From Synechococcus sp. A15-28 (GTDB lineage Bacteria > Cyanobacteriota > Cyanobacteriia > PCC-6307 > Cyanobiaceae): 32,000 nucleotides of DNA. The notes under the pieces are model-generated. The model ran no database searches, was not told where the DNA came from, and was given only the letters and a program-made list of their open reading frames with translations. How positions within the stretch are numbered: position 1 is the first letter of the stretch; each line of letters opens with the position of its first letter. The translations under genes and the position numbers were made by a program. The stretch covers positions 1,020,001 to 1,052,000 of the forward strand of contig NZ_CP047931.1 in assembly GCF_014280175.1 (NCBI RefSeq). Reading direction: 5' to 3'. Positions 1-10,477 of the stretch are shown one piece after another.

Positions 1-180
1 GGGCGCAGGGCTTCGACGATCAGAGGTCCGATCGTGATATTGGGGACAAATCGTCCATCCATCACGTCCACATGGATCCAGTCCGCGCCGGCCTCATCCA
101 CAGACTTCACTTCATCGCCGAGACGGGAGAAATCAGCCGACAGGATCGACGGAGAGATCACCAGGGGCTTGGTGCTCATG
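1..180 (-). CDS. rpe: Ribulose-phosphate 3-epimerase, N-terminal part (runs off window start)
   Basis: Reverse strand from 180 reads [59 protein letters not shown], the typical Rpe N-terminus. Confidence 0.93.
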
Positions 181-332
181 GAGAAGGAGCGCGGAATGCG
201 CGGTGATTTTAGGGACCTCGGCAACCACTGATACAGTGAGCCGCGCTCAGGCGTCGAGATCCATTGCGGCAAGGGCAGATTGCTCTCCCTGATGGAGTCG
301 CCAGCCCCCTTCACCCCACCATCCGGAGTCCC

Positions 333-1337
333 GTGGACCAGACCCTGATTCAGGAAATTCTCGAGGTCGTTGAGCAAGCTGCCATCGCCTCCGCCAAGCT
401 CTCCGGCAAAGGCCTTAAGAACGAAGCCGACGCCGCTGCAGTGGAAGCCATGCGCAAGCGCATGGGCCAGATCCAGATGCAGGGCCGCATCGTGATCGGT
501 GAAGGTGAGCGCGACGAAGCTCCGATGCTTTACATCGGTGAAGAAGTCGGCAGTGGCACTGGTCCAGGCGTTGACTTCGCCGTCGACCCCTGCGAAGGCA
601 CCAACCTCTGCGCCTTCAACCAGCGCGGTTCCATGGCTGTGCTCGCCGCGTCCGACCGCGGTGGTCTGTTCAACGCCCCCGACTTCTACATGAAGAAGCT
701 GGCCGCACCCCCGGCCGCCAAGGGCAAGGTGGACATCCGCAAGTCCGCCACCGAGAACATCAAGATCCTCAGCGAGTGCCTTGGCCTCGCTGTTGATGAA
801 CTGACCATCGTTGTGATGGATCGTGCCCGTCACAAGGATCTGATCGCTGAGATCCGCGCCACCGGTGCCCGCATCCAGCCGATCTCCGACGGTGACGTCC
901 AGGCTGCGATCGCCTGCGGCTTCGCCGGCACCGGAACCCATTGCCTGATGGGCATCGGCGCTGCTCCTGAGGGGGTGATTTCCGCTGCTGCCATGCGTGC
1001 TCTGGGCGGCCACTTCCAGGGTCAGCTGGTGTACGACCCTGCCGTGGCACAGACCTCTGAGTGGGCCGACATGACCAAGGAGGGCAACTTGGCTCGCCTG
1101 GCGGAAATGGGCATCACAGATCCCGACAAGGTTTATGAGGCCGAGGAGCTGGCCTGTGGTGAGCACGTTTGTTTCGCTGGCAGCGGCATCACGGATGGCC
1201 TGCTGTTCCACGGGGTTAAGTTCGAACGCGATTGCACGCGGACCAGCAGCCTGGTGATCAGCAACTTGGATGACACCTGCCGCTTCACCAACACCGTGCA
1301 CATCAAGGACGGCGCCCAGAGCATTGCTCTGAGCTGA
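333..1337 (+). CDS. glpX: Class II fructose-1,6-bisphosphatase / sedoheptulose-1,7-bisphosphatase (GlpX type)
   Basis: ORF 264..1337; likely GTG start at 333 ([41 protein letters not shown]...[23 protein letters not shown]), the characteristic cyanobacterial F/SBPase sequence. Confidence 0.93.
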   Translation: MDQTLIQEILEVVEQAAIASAKLSGKGLKNEADAAAVEAMRKRMGQIQMQGRIVIGEGERDEAPMLYIGEEVGSGTGPGVDFAVDPCEGTNLCAFNQRGSMAVLAASDRGGLFNAPDFYMKKLAAPPAAKGKVDIRKSATENIKILSECLGLAVDELTIVVMDRARHKDLIAEIRATGARIQPISDGDVQAAIACGFAGTGTHCLMGIGAAPEGVISAAAMRALGGHFQGQLVYDPAVAQTSEWADMTKEGNLARLAEMGITDPDKVYEAEELACGEHVCFAGSGITDGLLFHGVKFERDCTRTSSLVISNLDDTCRFTNTVHIKDGAQSIALS

Positions 1338-1368
1338 TCGTCACGTTTCGGTTGAAAGGAGAGTCTCC

Positions 1369-2667
1369 ATGCACATTGCCGTTGTCGGCCTCAGTTATCG
1401 CACGGCACCGGTGGAGATCCGGGAACGGCTCAGCATCCCTGAGCAGACCATGGAGACCTCCCTTCAATCGCTTCGAGGTCACGAACAGGTGCTGGAGGCG
1501 TCGATCCTCAGCACCTGCAATCGCCTGGAGATCTATACCCTCGTCCGGAATCCCGATCTCGGTGTTTCTGCGGTCAGTGAATTCCTGAGCGGTCACTCCG
1601 GTCTCGCTACAGGAGATCTGACACCTCATCTCTTCAACTATCACCACGAAGACGCAGTCGATCACCTGATGCGGGTGGCCGCTGGTCTCGACAGCCTTGT
1701 GGTGGGTGAAGGCCAGATCCTCTCCCAGGTCAAGAAAATGATGCGCCTGGGGCAGGAGCACAAGTCCCTTGGCCCGATTCTCAACCGCCTGCTGACGCAG
1801 GCCGTCAGCACCGGAAAACGGGTGCGTAGTGAGACCAATCTCGGCACCGGTGCCGTGTCGATCAGTTCAGCTGCCGTGGAGCTGGCGCAGTTGAAACTCG
1901 GCCAGTCCCGCGGTCAGGATCAGTTGGTCACGCTGGAAAGCGAGCAGATCGCTGTCGTTGGAGCGGGGCGCATGAGTCGCCTGTTGCTGCAGCATCTGCA
2001 AGCGAAAGGAGCCTCCGGAGTGGTGTTGCTGAACCGCACGGTGCAACGGGCGGAGCTGCTGGCGGCTGACTTCCCCGATCTGCCGGTTCAGTGCCGCCCT
2101 CTGACTGACCTTGACCAGTGCCTGAGCACCTGCTCACTGGTCTTCACCAGCACGGCTGCAGACGACCCGATCATCGATGCCGCTCGATTGCAACCCCTGA
2201 ACCGCCGCAGCAAGCTGCGGCTAATCGACATCGGTGTGCCGCGAAATATCGCTGCCGATGCTGCCGCTGTGGATGGGGTCGACTCCCACGACGTGGATGA
2301 TCTTCAGGAGGTCGTGGCGCGCAACCAGGAGGCCCGTCAAGCCATGGCCCGCGAAGCTGAACAGCTCTTGCAGCAAGAGGCTCAGCAATTCCTTGAGTGG
2401 TGGGACAGCCTCGAAGCCGTTCCCACCATCAACCGCCTGCGCTCGTCGATGGAATCCATCCGCGTGGAGGAATTGCAGAAGGCCCTGAGCCGGATGGGGC
2501 CGGATTTTTCTGCGCGGGAGCGGAAGGTTGTCGAAGCCCTCAGCAAAGGCATCATCAACAAGATCCTGCATACCCCTGTCACCTCACTGCGGGCGCCCCA
2601 GGCCCGACAGGAGCGTCAGCAGGCTCTTCGCACCGTGGAACGCCTCTTTTCGCTGGGGGAGGACTGA
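1369..2667 (+). CDS. hemA: Glutamyl-tRNA reductase
   Basis: MHIAVVGLSYRTAPVEIRERLSI...STCNRLEIYTLV...GEGQILSQVK; SD-like AAAGGAGAG just upstream. Confidence 0.95.
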   Translation: MHIAVVGLSYRTAPVEIRERLSIPEQTMETSLQSLRGHEQVLEASILSTCNRLEIYTLVRNPDLGVSAVSEFLSGHSGLATGDLTPHLFNYHHEDAVDHLMRVAAGLDSLVVGEGQILSQVKKMMRLGQEHKSLGPILNRLLTQAVSTGKRVRSETNLGTGAVSISSAAVELAQLKLGQSRGQDQLVTLESEQIAVVGAGRMSRLLLQHLQAKGASGVVLLNRTVQRAELLAADFPDLPVQCRPLTDLDQCLSTCSLVFTSTAADDPIIDAARLQPLNRRSKLRLIDIGVPRNIAADAAAVDGVDSHDVDDLQEVVARNQEARQAMAREAEQLLQQEAQQFLEWWDSLEAVPTINRLRSSMESIRVEELQKALSRMGPDFSARERKVVEALSKGIINKILHTPVTSLRAPQARQERQQALRTVERLFSLGED

Positions 2668-2786
2668 GTTTCAGACCTCAGTCCCGTCTTGATTCGCACC
2701 AATCTCGTCTGATCTGTCGGAAAGGACGGTTGAACCTGGTGAAACTCCGGTAAGTTCTTGCGGCAACGCCGATCTGGGGTTACGGC

Positions 2787-4082
2787 ATGAAGCGGGTATT
2801 GGCCATCATTCTCGGCGGCGGGGCAGGGACTCGTCTCTATCCGCTCACCAAGATGCGTGCCAAGCCGGCAGTACCTCTGGCCGGTAAGTATCGACTCATT
2901 GATATTCCCATCAGCAACTGCATCAACTCGAACATCAACAAGATGTACGTGATGACGCAGTTCAACAGTGCGTCGCTGAATCGTCACCTCAGCCAGACCT
3001 ACAACCTCAGTAATTCCTTCGGCCAGGGTTTTGTTGAGGTGCTCGCAGCCCAGCAAACCCCTGACAGTCCATCCTGGTTTGAGGGCACTGCCGATGCCGT
3101 TCGTAAATACCAATGGTTGTTCCAGGAATGGGATGTTGATGAATATCTGATTCTTTCCGGAGACCAGCTGTACCGCATGGACTACAGCATGTTTGTTGAG
3201 CATCACCGCAGCACTGGCGCTGATCTCACCGTTGCGGCCCTTCCCGTTGATCCGAAGCAGGCTGAAGCCTTCGGCCTGATGCGCACAGATGACGAAGGCA
3301 ATATCAAGGAGTTCCGCGAAAAGCCCAAGGGTGATTCGTTGCTGGAGATGGCGGTGGATACCAGCCGTTTCGGGCTCAGCGCGGATTCAGCGAAAGAGCG
3401 GCCATACCTGGCCTCCATGGGCATTTACGTCTTCAGCAGAGACACCCTGTTCAATCTTCTCGACTCCAATCCTGGATACAAGGATTTCGGTAAGGAGGTC
3501 ATTCCGGAAGCCCTCAAGCGTGGTGACAAGCTCAAGAGCTACGTCTTTGATGATTATTGGGAGGACATCGGCACCATCGGCGCGTTCTATGAGGCCAACA
3601 TGGCTCTCACCCAGCAGCCAACACCGCCCTTCAGTTTCTACGACGAGAAGTTCCCGATCTACACCCGTCCCCGTTATCTCCCCCCGAGCAAGTTGGTCGA
3701 CGCTCAGATCACCAACTCGATTGTTGGAGAAGGCTCCATTCTCAAATCCTGCAGCATTCATCACTGCGTTCTCGGCGTCCGTAGCCGCATCGAAAGCGAT
3801 GTGGTTCTTCAGGACACTCTGTTGATGGGTGCTGACTTCTTTGAGTCCAGTGATGAGCGTGCTGTCCTTCGCGAACGTGGTGGTATTCCGGTCGGGGTGG
3901 GTCAAGGCACTACGGTGAAGCGAGCCATTCTTGATAAGAATGCGCGGATCGGATCCAACGTCACGATCGTCAACAAGGATCACGTCGACGAAGCTGATCG
4001 CTCCGACCAGGGTTTTTACATCCGCAACGGCATTGTCGTTGTCGTCAAGAACGCCACCATCCAGGACGGCACTGTGATCTGA
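2787..4082 (+). CDS. glgC: Glucose-1-phosphate adenylyltransferase
   Basis: [48 protein letters not shown]..., full-length 431 aa. Confidence 0.97.
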   Translation: MKRVLAIILGGGAGTRLYPLTKMRAKPAVPLAGKYRLIDIPISNCINSNINKMYVMTQFNSASLNRHLSQTYNLSNSFGQGFVEVLAAQQTPDSPSWFEGTADAVRKYQWLFQEWDVDEYLILSGDQLYRMDYSMFVEHHRSTGADLTVAALPVDPKQAEAFGLMRTDDEGNIKEFREKPKGDSLLEMAVDTSRFGLSADSAKERPYLASMGIYVFSRDTLFNLLDSNPGYKDFGKEVIPEALKRGDKLKSYVFDDYWEDIGTIGAFYEANMALTQQPTPPFSFYDEKFPIYTRPRYLPPSKLVDAQITNSIVGEGSILKSCSIHHCVLGVRSRIESDVVLQDTLLMGADFFESSDERAVLRERGGIPVGVGQGTTVKRAILDKNARIGSNVTIVNKDHVDEADRSDQGFYIRNGIVVVVKNATIQDGTVI

Positions 4083-4215
4083 CGGATCTCGTTTTCTGTC
4101 GCTACGGCGACAGCGAGTGGATCCATCCCTCATTCCTGACAGAAGCTGTCGGAACTACAGCCGGATCCGACTTTGGTGCGCACACTGACGGCAGTCGTCA
4201 GTGGTCCCAAAGGCC

Positions 4216-5634
4216 ATGTCCCAGTCTCACTTTGGTCTGATCGGTCTCGGCGTGATGGGGGAGAACCTCGTCCTCAACGCCGAGCGCAATGGTTTCTCCA
4301 GCGTTGTTTACAACCGCACTTACGCCAAAACGGAGGAGTTCCTCAACGGTCGCGGCCAGGGCCGGAACATCCAGGGGGCCACGGATCTGGAGGATTTCGT
4401 CGGCAAGCTTGAGCGTCCTCGCCGGATCCTGATGATGGTCAAGGCAGGTCCGGCGGTGGATGCTGTTGTGGATCAGATTTCCCCGTACCTCGAGGAAGGT
4501 GATCTGCTGATTGATGGTGGCAATTCGGATTACCACGACACCGAGCGCCGGGTGAAGCAGCTCGAGAGCAAGAGCTTCGGCTTCATCGGCATGGGTGTGT
4601 CCGGTGGTGCCAAGGGTGCCCTGGAGGGACCGAGCATGATGCCGGGTGGCACGAAGGCTTCTTACGACGCCATCGAGAGCCTGGTGAACAAGATGGCGGC
4701 TCAGGTGGATGACGGCCCCTGCGTCACTTACATCGGTCCCGGTGGATCCGGTCACCTGGTGAAGACCGTCCACAACGGCATCGAGTACGGCATCGAGCAG
4801 ATCCTGGCCGAGGGCTACGACCTGATGAAGCGGGTCAAGGGCATGAACGGCGAGCAGATGGCTGATGTGCTGGCCCAGTGGAATGCCACCGAGGAGCTTT
4901 CCTCCTATCTGGTGGAGATCACGGAGGTTTGCCTGCGCACGAAGGATCCCGAAGACGGCGCGGATCTCGTGGAGAAAATCATGGATCAGGCCGGTCAGAA
5001 GGGCACGGGGCTCTGGACCGTGGTCACCGCACTGCAGATGGGTGCTTCCGTTCCAACCATTTATGCATCACTCAATGGTCGGGTGATGAGTTCACTCAAG
5101 CCTGAGCGGACGGCCGCCGAATCCATCCTCAAGGGTCCTGCCATCAAGGATTTCGATCTCGGTACTCCGGACGACGCCATGGCTCCCCTGATGGATGCCA
5201 CGGTGCTCAGCTGCATCGCCAGCTATGCCCAGGGCATGGAGCTGCTGCGCATCGCCTCCAGGGATCTGGACTACAGCCTGCACATGCCGTCCATCGCTCA
5301 GATCTGGAAGGGTGGCTGCATCATCCGCGCCCGTCTGCTTCAGCGGATTCAGGATGCCTTCGGTGCCAACCCCGAACTGACCAACCTGATGCTGGATCCC
5401 TGGTTCGCTGATCAGATCAACCGTCGTCTGCCCGGCCTGGCCAAGGTGGTGGCCGGCGCCGCTGAGTCCGGCATTCCCGTGCCCTGCTTCAGCAGCACCC
5501 TGGATTACATCAACAGCTACCGCACCGGTCGCCTGCCTCAGAACCTGGTGCAGGCCATGCGCGACTGCTTTGGCTCTCACACCTACCAGCGGGTGGACAA
5601 AGAGGGCACCTTCCATACCGAGTGGCTGGGTTGA
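4216..5634 (+). CDS. gnd: 6-phosphogluconate dehydrogenase, decarboxylating
   Basis: MSQSHFGLIGLGVMGENLVLNAERNGF...; ORF opens at GTG 4201, ATG 4216 is the more likely start. Confidence 0.95.
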   Translation: MSQSHFGLIGLGVMGENLVLNAERNGFSSVVYNRTYAKTEEFLNGRGQGRNIQGATDLEDFVGKLERPRRILMMVKAGPAVDAVVDQISPYLEEGDLLIDGGNSDYHDTERRVKQLESKSFGFIGMGVSGGAKGALEGPSMMPGGTKASYDAIESLVNKMAAQVDDGPCVTYIGPGGSGHLVKTVHNGIEYGIEQILAEGYDLMKRVKGMNGEQMADVLAQWNATEELSSYLVEITEVCLRTKDPEDGADLVEKIMDQAGQKGTGLWTVVTALQMGASVPTIYASLNGRVMSSLKPERTAAESILKGPAIKDFDLGTPDDAMAPLMDATVLSCIASYAQGMELLRIASRDLDYSLHMPSIAQIWKGGCIIRARLLQRIQDAFGANPELTNLMLDPWFADQINRRLPGLAKVVAGAAESGIPVPCFSSTLDYINSYRTGRLPQNLVQAMRDCFGSHTYQRVDKEGTFHTEWLG

Positions 5635-5644
5635 AGCAACGCTG

Positions 5645-6358
5645 ATGACCAACTACCGCATCGAGCGGGCCAGTGATGCTGATGCGCTGGCCCGCAGGGC
5701 GTCGGAAACCATTGCGGCTCAGATCAGCCTGGTGCTGGATCAGCGGGACCGCTGCCGCATTGCTCTCTCAGGGGGAAGTACCCCTGCCAAGGCCTATTCC
5801 CTTCTCGGTCAGGAACATCTCCCCTGGGATCGGGTTGATGTGTTTCTGGGCGATGAGCGCTGGGTGGCTGCCGACGATGACTCCAGCAATGCCCGCATGC
5901 TGCGACGCACCCTGCTGGCGGATGGACCTGGACGTGTCGCCAGCTTTCATGCAGTGCCCACTGTGGAGTTGGCGGATGCTGAGGCCAGTGCGGCGGCTTT
6001 TGGCGATCTGGTGTCTCAGCACTGCCCTGGTGAGCCGCCAGTGTTTGATCTGATGCTGCTTGGGCTCGGTGATGACGGCCACACCGCCTCTCTGTTCCCG
6101 GGAACTGAAGCGCCTACGGTCCGCGATTGCTGGGCGACCGTCGGCCGTGGAAAGGGGTTGGACCGCATCACCCTCACGGCACCGGTCCTCAGTGCAGCCA
6201 GGCAGGTGATCTTTCTGGTGAGTGGAGCGGGTAAGCAGGAGGCCCTGCGCAGACTGGTGGATCCCGACGAATCCTCCGATCGCACCCCCGCCCGTCTGGT
6301 GCAACCTGCTAGTGATGTCCTGATCCTTGCCGATCAGGATGCAACCGCCGGCCTCTGA
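5645..6358 (+). CDS. pgl: 6-phosphogluconolactonase
   Basis: MTNYRIERASDADALARRASETIA...ALSGGSTPAKAYSLL...VDVFLGDERWV...LLGLGDDGHTASLFPG. Confidence 0.93.
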   Translation: MTNYRIERASDADALARRASETIAAQISLVLDQRDRCRIALSGGSTPAKAYSLLGQEHLPWDRVDVFLGDERWVAADDDSSNARMLRRTLLADGPGRVASFHAVPTVELADAEASAAAFGDLVSQHCPGEPPVFDLMLLGLGDDGHTASLFPGTEAPTVRDCWATVGRGKGLDRITLTAPVLSAARQVIFLVSGAGKQEALRRLVDPDESSDRTPARLVQPASDVLILADQDATAGL

Positions 6359-6899
6359 GCAGACCATCGTCCAGGGCAGCGAATTCGCTGACTGGACCAG
6401 TCTCAATGACACGATCATGGGCGGGCGCAGCCGTGCCGGATGCCGCGCCACCCCTGAGGGTTTGCTGTTGGAAGGGGAGCTGATCGAAGCCGGTGGTGGC
6501 TTTGTCAGCTGCCGATCGCCTCGTCTGCAGCCCCCTCTCGATCTCTCACCGTTTTCAGTTCTGCAATTGGATGTGGAGGGGGAGGGACGAACCCTGAAGA
6601 TTGCCCTCGGTTGCCGTGATGGTGCCTTGGGGCTCACCGAGTTGATTCCAGGCGGGCTGCGCTGGGTGATCGATGTGCCGACTCAGGCGGCTGGAGTCAC
6701 CAGCGTGCGCATTCCGTTTGCGGACCTCCGGCCGACCGTCAGGGCGAAGCCCGTTGGACTACCCCTGCGCTTTGATGCCGCGGGGGTCACCCGGATCCAG
6801 GTGCTGCACTCCAAGTTCGGTGATGGCGGCGAACTCAATCCTGGATTTCGAGCCGGGGCGATCCGCCTGTTGATTCGCTCGATCCGGGCCATGCCCTGA
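6339..6899 (+). CDS. CIA30 (complex I intermediate-associated protein 30)-like protein
   Basis: EFADWTSLNDTIMGGRSRAGCRATPEGLLLEGELIEAGGGFVSCRSP, typical CIA30-domain pattern; overlaps the 3' end of pgl. Confidence 0.75.
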   Translation: MQPPASEQTIVQGSEFADWTSLNDTIMGGRSRAGCRATPEGLLLEGELIEAGGGFVSCRSPRLQPPLDLSPFSVLQLDVEGEGRTLKIALGCRDGALGLTELIPGGLRWVIDVPTQAAGVTSVRIPFADLRPTVRAKPVGLPLRFDAAGVTRIQVLHSKFGDGGELNPGFRAGAIRLLIRSIRAMP

Positions 6900-6903
6900 A
6901 GCC

Positions 6904-7269
6904 ATGGATCTGTTGGTGCTTATTGCCAAGGCGGCGGATGTGTGTCTCAAGCCCTGGAGCCACGCTGTGGTGGCTGTGGATCCCTCGGCTCCCGCTGAGA
7001 TTGATGATCTGAATGTTCGGATCGAATGCCGCGATGGCGACGGCGTTCGCTGGTCAGAACGTGATCTTGACCTGGAGATTTACCGCAGCGGGCAGGAGAT
7101 CAACCTGATGCTCAGTTGGACGGAGCAGCCTGAACGGCCGATGCTCTGGCATGGCCGTCATCCCGTCTGGATGGATGGAACTTCGGGACAACGCACCTCA
7201 GCTCCGCAGGACGCGGCCCCGCTGGAAGCACTGGGCAGGCGGTTGCGTTCGCTGTTGCCTCACGACTGA
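6904..7269 (+). CDS. Conserved hypothetical protein, 121 aa
   Basis: ORF 4 nt after the CIA30-like gene; protein-like composition, ends immediately before convergent ilvD. Confidence 0.7.
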   Translation: MDLLVLIAKAADVCLKPWSHAVVAVDPSAPAEIDDLNVRIECRDGDGVRWSERDLDLEIYRSGQEINLMLSWTEQPERPMLWHGRHPVWMDGTSGQRTSAPQDAAPLEALGRRLRSLLPHD

Positions 7270-7270
7270 A

Positions 7271-8944
7271 TCAGTCGGGCTGGTCGGTGACCGCACCACG
7301 GCTGGAAGTGGAGACCAGGCGGGCGTATTTGCCAAGAATCCCCGTGCGGTAACGCGGTTCCGGTTTGGTCCAGGCCTCCCGACGTCGATTCAGCTCTGCT
7401 TCATCGACGTTCAGTTGCAGCAGCAGTTGATCGGCATCCACGGTGATGCTGTCCCCCTCCTGCACCAGGCCGATGGTTCCGCCGACGGCGGCTTCCGGTG
7501 CGACGTGGCCGACCACCAGTCCATAGGTGCCGCCACTGAAGCGCCCATCGGTGATCAGGGCCACCTTGTCGCCAAGGCCCTGGCCGACGATGGCGGAGGT
7601 GGGGGCCAGCATTTCGCGCATGCCGGGACCGCCGACGGGACCCTCATTGCGCACCACGACCACATCACCGGCATTGATCCGCTGATCAAGGATGGCCGCC
7701 AGACAGTCCTCCTCGCCTTCAAAGACGCGGGCGGGCCCGGTGAGCACCGGCGTCTTGACGCCGCTGATCTTGGCAACACTGCCCTCACGGGCCAGATTCC
7801 CCTTGAGGATCGCCAGGTGGCCTTTGGCGTAAAGAGGATTGCTCAGAGGCCTGATGACGTCCTGATCCGCTGGAGGCTGAGAGGGAACATCCGCCAGCAG
7901 GTCACGCAGGCTTTTCCCCTCAACCGTCCGGCAATCACCGTGCAGCAGCCCAGCATCGAGCAGCAGTTTCATCACCTGGGGGATGCCACCGGCGTTGTGC
8001 AGATCCACCGTCACGTAACGGCCGCTTGGTTTGAGGTCACAGATCACCGGCACCCGCTGACGAATCCGTTCGAAGTCATCGATGCTGAGGGACACACCCG
8101 CGGTGCGGGCGATCGCCAGCAGATGCAACACGGCATTGGTGGATCCACCCACCGCCATGATCACGCTGATGGCGTTCTCGAAGGCGTCGTTGGTGAGCAG
8201 ATCCAGCGGGCGGATGTTGGCCTTCACCGCATCCACCAACACTTCGGCGGATCGCGCTGCACTGTCGGCTTTCTCTTCGTCCTCCGCCGCCATCGTTGAG
8301 CTGTAGGGCAGGCTCAAGCCCATCGTTTCAATGGCGGCACTCATGGTGTTGGCGGTGAACATCCCGCCGCAACTGCCGGCCCCCGGACAGGCGTTCTTTT
8401 CCACAGCCGTGAGCTGTTCTTCGTCGATGTTGCCGCTGGTGAGCTGACCCACCGCCTCAAAGGCGCTGACCACGGTGAGGTCACAGCCGCCGAGTTTGCC
8501 CGGCTTGATCGTGCCGCCGTACACAAACACGGCGGGGATGTTCATCCGCGCCATCGCCAGCATGGCGCCGGGCATGTTCTTGTCGCAGCCACCTACCGCC
8601 AGAACTCCATCCATGCTCTGACCGTTGCAAGCGGTTTCGATGGCATCGGCGATCACCTCGCGGCTCACCAGGGAATACTTCATCCCCTCGGTGCCCATCG
8701 AAATGCCATCACTCACGGTGATGGTCCCGAACATCTGAGGCATGCCACCGGCCTGACGGGCCGCCTCTTCGGCCCGACGGGAGAGGTCGTTCAGCCCGAC
8801 ATTGCAGGGTGTGATCGTGCTGTAGCCATTGGCAATGCCGAGAATCGGCTTGCCGAAGTCGTCGTCACCGAATCCCACCGCACGGAGCATGGCGCGGTTG
8901 GGGGAACGCTGGATTCCTTGGGTAACGGCGTCGGAACGAAGCAT
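7271..8944 (-). CDS. ilvD: Dihydroxy-acid dehydratase
   Basis: [30 protein letters not shown]...[27 protein letters not shown]...[12 protein letters not shown]-like region; 557 aa. Confidence 0.97.
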   Translation of the reverse strand: MLRSDAVTQGIQRSPNRAMLRAVGFGDDDFGKPILGIANGYSTITPCNVGLNDLSRRAEEAARQAGGMPQMFGTITVSDGISMGTEGMKYSLVSREVIADAIETACNGQSMDGVLAVGGCDKNMPGAMLAMARMNIPAVFVYGGTIKPGKLGGCDLTVVSAFEAVGQLTSGNIDEEQLTAVEKNACPGAGSCGGMFTANTMSAAIETMGLSLPYSSTMAAEDEEKADSAARSAEVLVDAVKANIRPLDLLTNDAFENAISVIMAVGGSTNAVLHLLAIARTAGVSLSIDDFERIRQRVPVICDLKPSGRYVTVDLHNAGGIPQVMKLLLDAGLLHGDCRTVEGKSLRDLLADVPSQPPADQDVIRPLSNPLYAKGHLAILKGNLAREGSVAKISGVKTPVLTGPARVFEGEEDCLAAILDQRINAGDVVVVRNEGPVGGPGMREMLAPTSAIVGQGLGDKVALITDGRFSGGTYGLVVGHVAPEAAVGGTIGLVQEGDSITVDADQLLLQLNVDEAELNRRREAWTKPEPRYRTGILGKYARLVSTSSRGAVTDQPD

Positions 8945-8991
8945 GGGCCGGAGCTCTGGACCTGTGGCGATTCGGCCAACCTACCGAGCGC

Positions 8992-9270
8992 TCAGTCCTC
9001 CGATCCCAACCGCTCCAGCTGAGCGCGAACGCGGGCGATCTCGGTATTGAGTCGCTCCACCCGCTGTTCCAGCAGTCCGTTTTCACTGGGCTCGAGCACC
9101 TCCGAGCCGTCCTGGATCCGTGGGGCATAGAGCATCGCCCGCTGCCGCCCGATCCGGCTGCGGCGCTCCGCCTCATTGAGAAGCCACCAGGCCAGTCCAG
9201 CGGCTCCGATGACGGCGCCGGCCACCAGGGTGGTCAGGGTGCCTGAACCGGTTTCGTGCTGATGTCCCAT
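8992..9270 (-). CDS. Small membrane-anchored coiled-coil hypothetical protein
   Basis: 92 aa: predicted TM (LTTLVAGAVIGAAGLAWWLL) followed by heptad-like LLEQRVERLNTEIARVRAQLERL. Confidence 0.65.
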   Translation of the reverse strand: MGHQHETGSGTLTTLVAGAVIGAAGLAWWLLNEAERRSRIGRQRAMLYAPRIQDGSEVLEPSENGLLEQRVERLNTEIARVRAQLERLGSED

Positions 9271-9294
9271 TCACTGAACCTCCTCAGTCGGAAT

Positions 9295-9912
9295 CTAGTC
9301 ACGGCCTGCCGACCTGAACCGCAGTCGTTGCACTGGATCACCGATGCCGGGGACGATGCCTCCCTCCTGGGTGAGACTTTCATCAATGCAGGCGGTGTGA
9401 AGCGTCAGGTCTGGCATGGCCTCTCCCAGCAGCTTGAGGCCCGGGCTGGCGCAGAGCGCTGTGATCAGACGGATCCGCCGTCCATCAACCCCCTGATGCT
9501 GAAGCTGCTGCAGTGCCTTCAACACTCCCTCGCCGTGACTGACCTGATCGACGAACAGAATCACGCCGGTGTTGGCTGCAATGTCGTCAGGGACGCCATC
9601 CAGGCAAAGGGCGGCATCGGGAAGCACCTGGCGGCCTCCCTGCCAGAGCTCCAGTCCTGCAGGAAGGATCGGTAACGCCAGCAGGGGGATGCCCGCTTCC
9701 ACCACGGTGGCCTCCACCTCCCCGTGCTCCGTCGGGATGCGTTCCTGGCGGTGCGGCAACCAGTCCCTCAGGGCCTCGTAGGTGAGCCAGCGACCCAGTT
9801 CCTGCATGGCCGTGGCGTACAGGGCTGATGGTGTTTCTTGATGGCGGAGCATCGCCAGCCAATGTCCGATCAGGGGATGGGGTGGTACCACCACCCGCAG
9901 ACTCATGGCCAT
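9295..9912 (-). CDS. upp: Uracil phosphoribosyltransferase-like PRTase
   Basis: MAMSLRVVVPPHPLIGHWLAMLRHQETPSALYATAMQELGRWLTYEALRDW...GVILFVDQVSHGEGVLKALQQLQHQGVDGRRIRLITALCASPGL; UPRTase architecture although motifs are divergent. Confidence 0.8.
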   Translation of the reverse strand: MAMSLRVVVPPHPLIGHWLAMLRHQETPSALYATAMQELGRWLTYEALRDWLPHRQERIPTEHGEVEATVVEAGIPLLALPILPAGLELWQGGRQVLPDAALCLDGVPDDIAANTGVILFVDQVSHGEGVLKALQQLQHQGVDGRRIRLITALCASPGLKLLGEAMPDLTLHTACIDESLTQEGGIVPGIGDPVQRLRFRSAGRD

Positions 9913-9967
9913 CTCGCGTCGCTCCGCTGGCAGTTGCCATAACGTGAGCGCTCAAATTACCGGTCCC

Positions 9968-10477
9968 ATGCGCGCCTTTCTCCGTCCAGCCTCCCTGGTG
10001 GCGGCGATTCTCATGGTGATCTGCACCCTGTTCTGGAATGACCCTGTACAGGCGATCACGGCTCCTGAACTGCGGGGACAGCGTGCGGTGCAGGAGATCA
10101 CGGCGGATATGCACGGTCTCGACCTCAAGGAAAAGGAATTCCTCAAGGCCGATCTGCGGGACGTCAACCTCAGCGACACGGACCTGCGCGGGGCCGTCAT
10201 CAACACCTCCCAGCTGCAGGGTGCTGACCTTCGCGGTGCAGATCTGTCCAATATCGTGGGATTCGCCAGTCGTTTCGACGGTGCCGATCTCAGAGGAGCG
10301 ACCTTCACCAACGCGATGCTGATGCAGAGCCGCTTCGCCGATGCCCGCATCGAGGGAGCTGATTTCACCGATGCCGTGCTGGATCTTCCTCAGCAGAAAC
10401 TGCTTTGTGCAACGGCCGCCGGCACCCACCCCGACAGTGGCGTCTCGACCCGTGAGAGCCTGGGCTGTCGCCCTTGA
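9968..10477 (+). CDS. Exported/lumenal pentapeptide-repeat protein
   Basis: Signal-like N-terminus (MRAFLRPASLVAAILMVICTLFWNDPVQA) then A(D/N)LRx repeats: ADLRDVNLSDTDLRGAVINTSQLQGADLRGADLSNIVGFASRFDGADLRGATF. Confidence 0.85.
   Translation: MRAFLRPASLVAAILMVICTLFWNDPVQAITAPELRGQRAVQEITADMHGLDLKEKEFLKADLRDVNLSDTDLRGAVINTSQLQGADLRGADLSNIVGFASRFDGADLRGATFTNAMLMQSRFADARIEGADFTDAVLDLPQQKLLCATAAGTHPDSGVSTRESLGCRP

Noticed and set aside
4095-4118. Short hairpin CTGTCGC-TACG-GCGACAG after glgC
   Set aside because: Seven-bp stem without a downstream T-tract; a terminator is possible but too weakly supported to list.
3387-4133. 248-aa minus-strand ORF opposite glgC, and a similar 191-aa/186-aa pair opposite gnd
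   Set aside because: Shadow ORFs of well-identified genes.
7151-8299. 382-aa plus-strand ORF opposite ilvD
   Set aside because: Antisense shadow of ilvD in GC-rich DNA; composition not protein-like.
10074-10370. Repetitive-looking DNA possibly a direct repeat or CRISPR-like array
   Set aside because: The periodicity is the degenerate pentapeptide-repeat coding sequence, not a nucleotide repeat with spacers.
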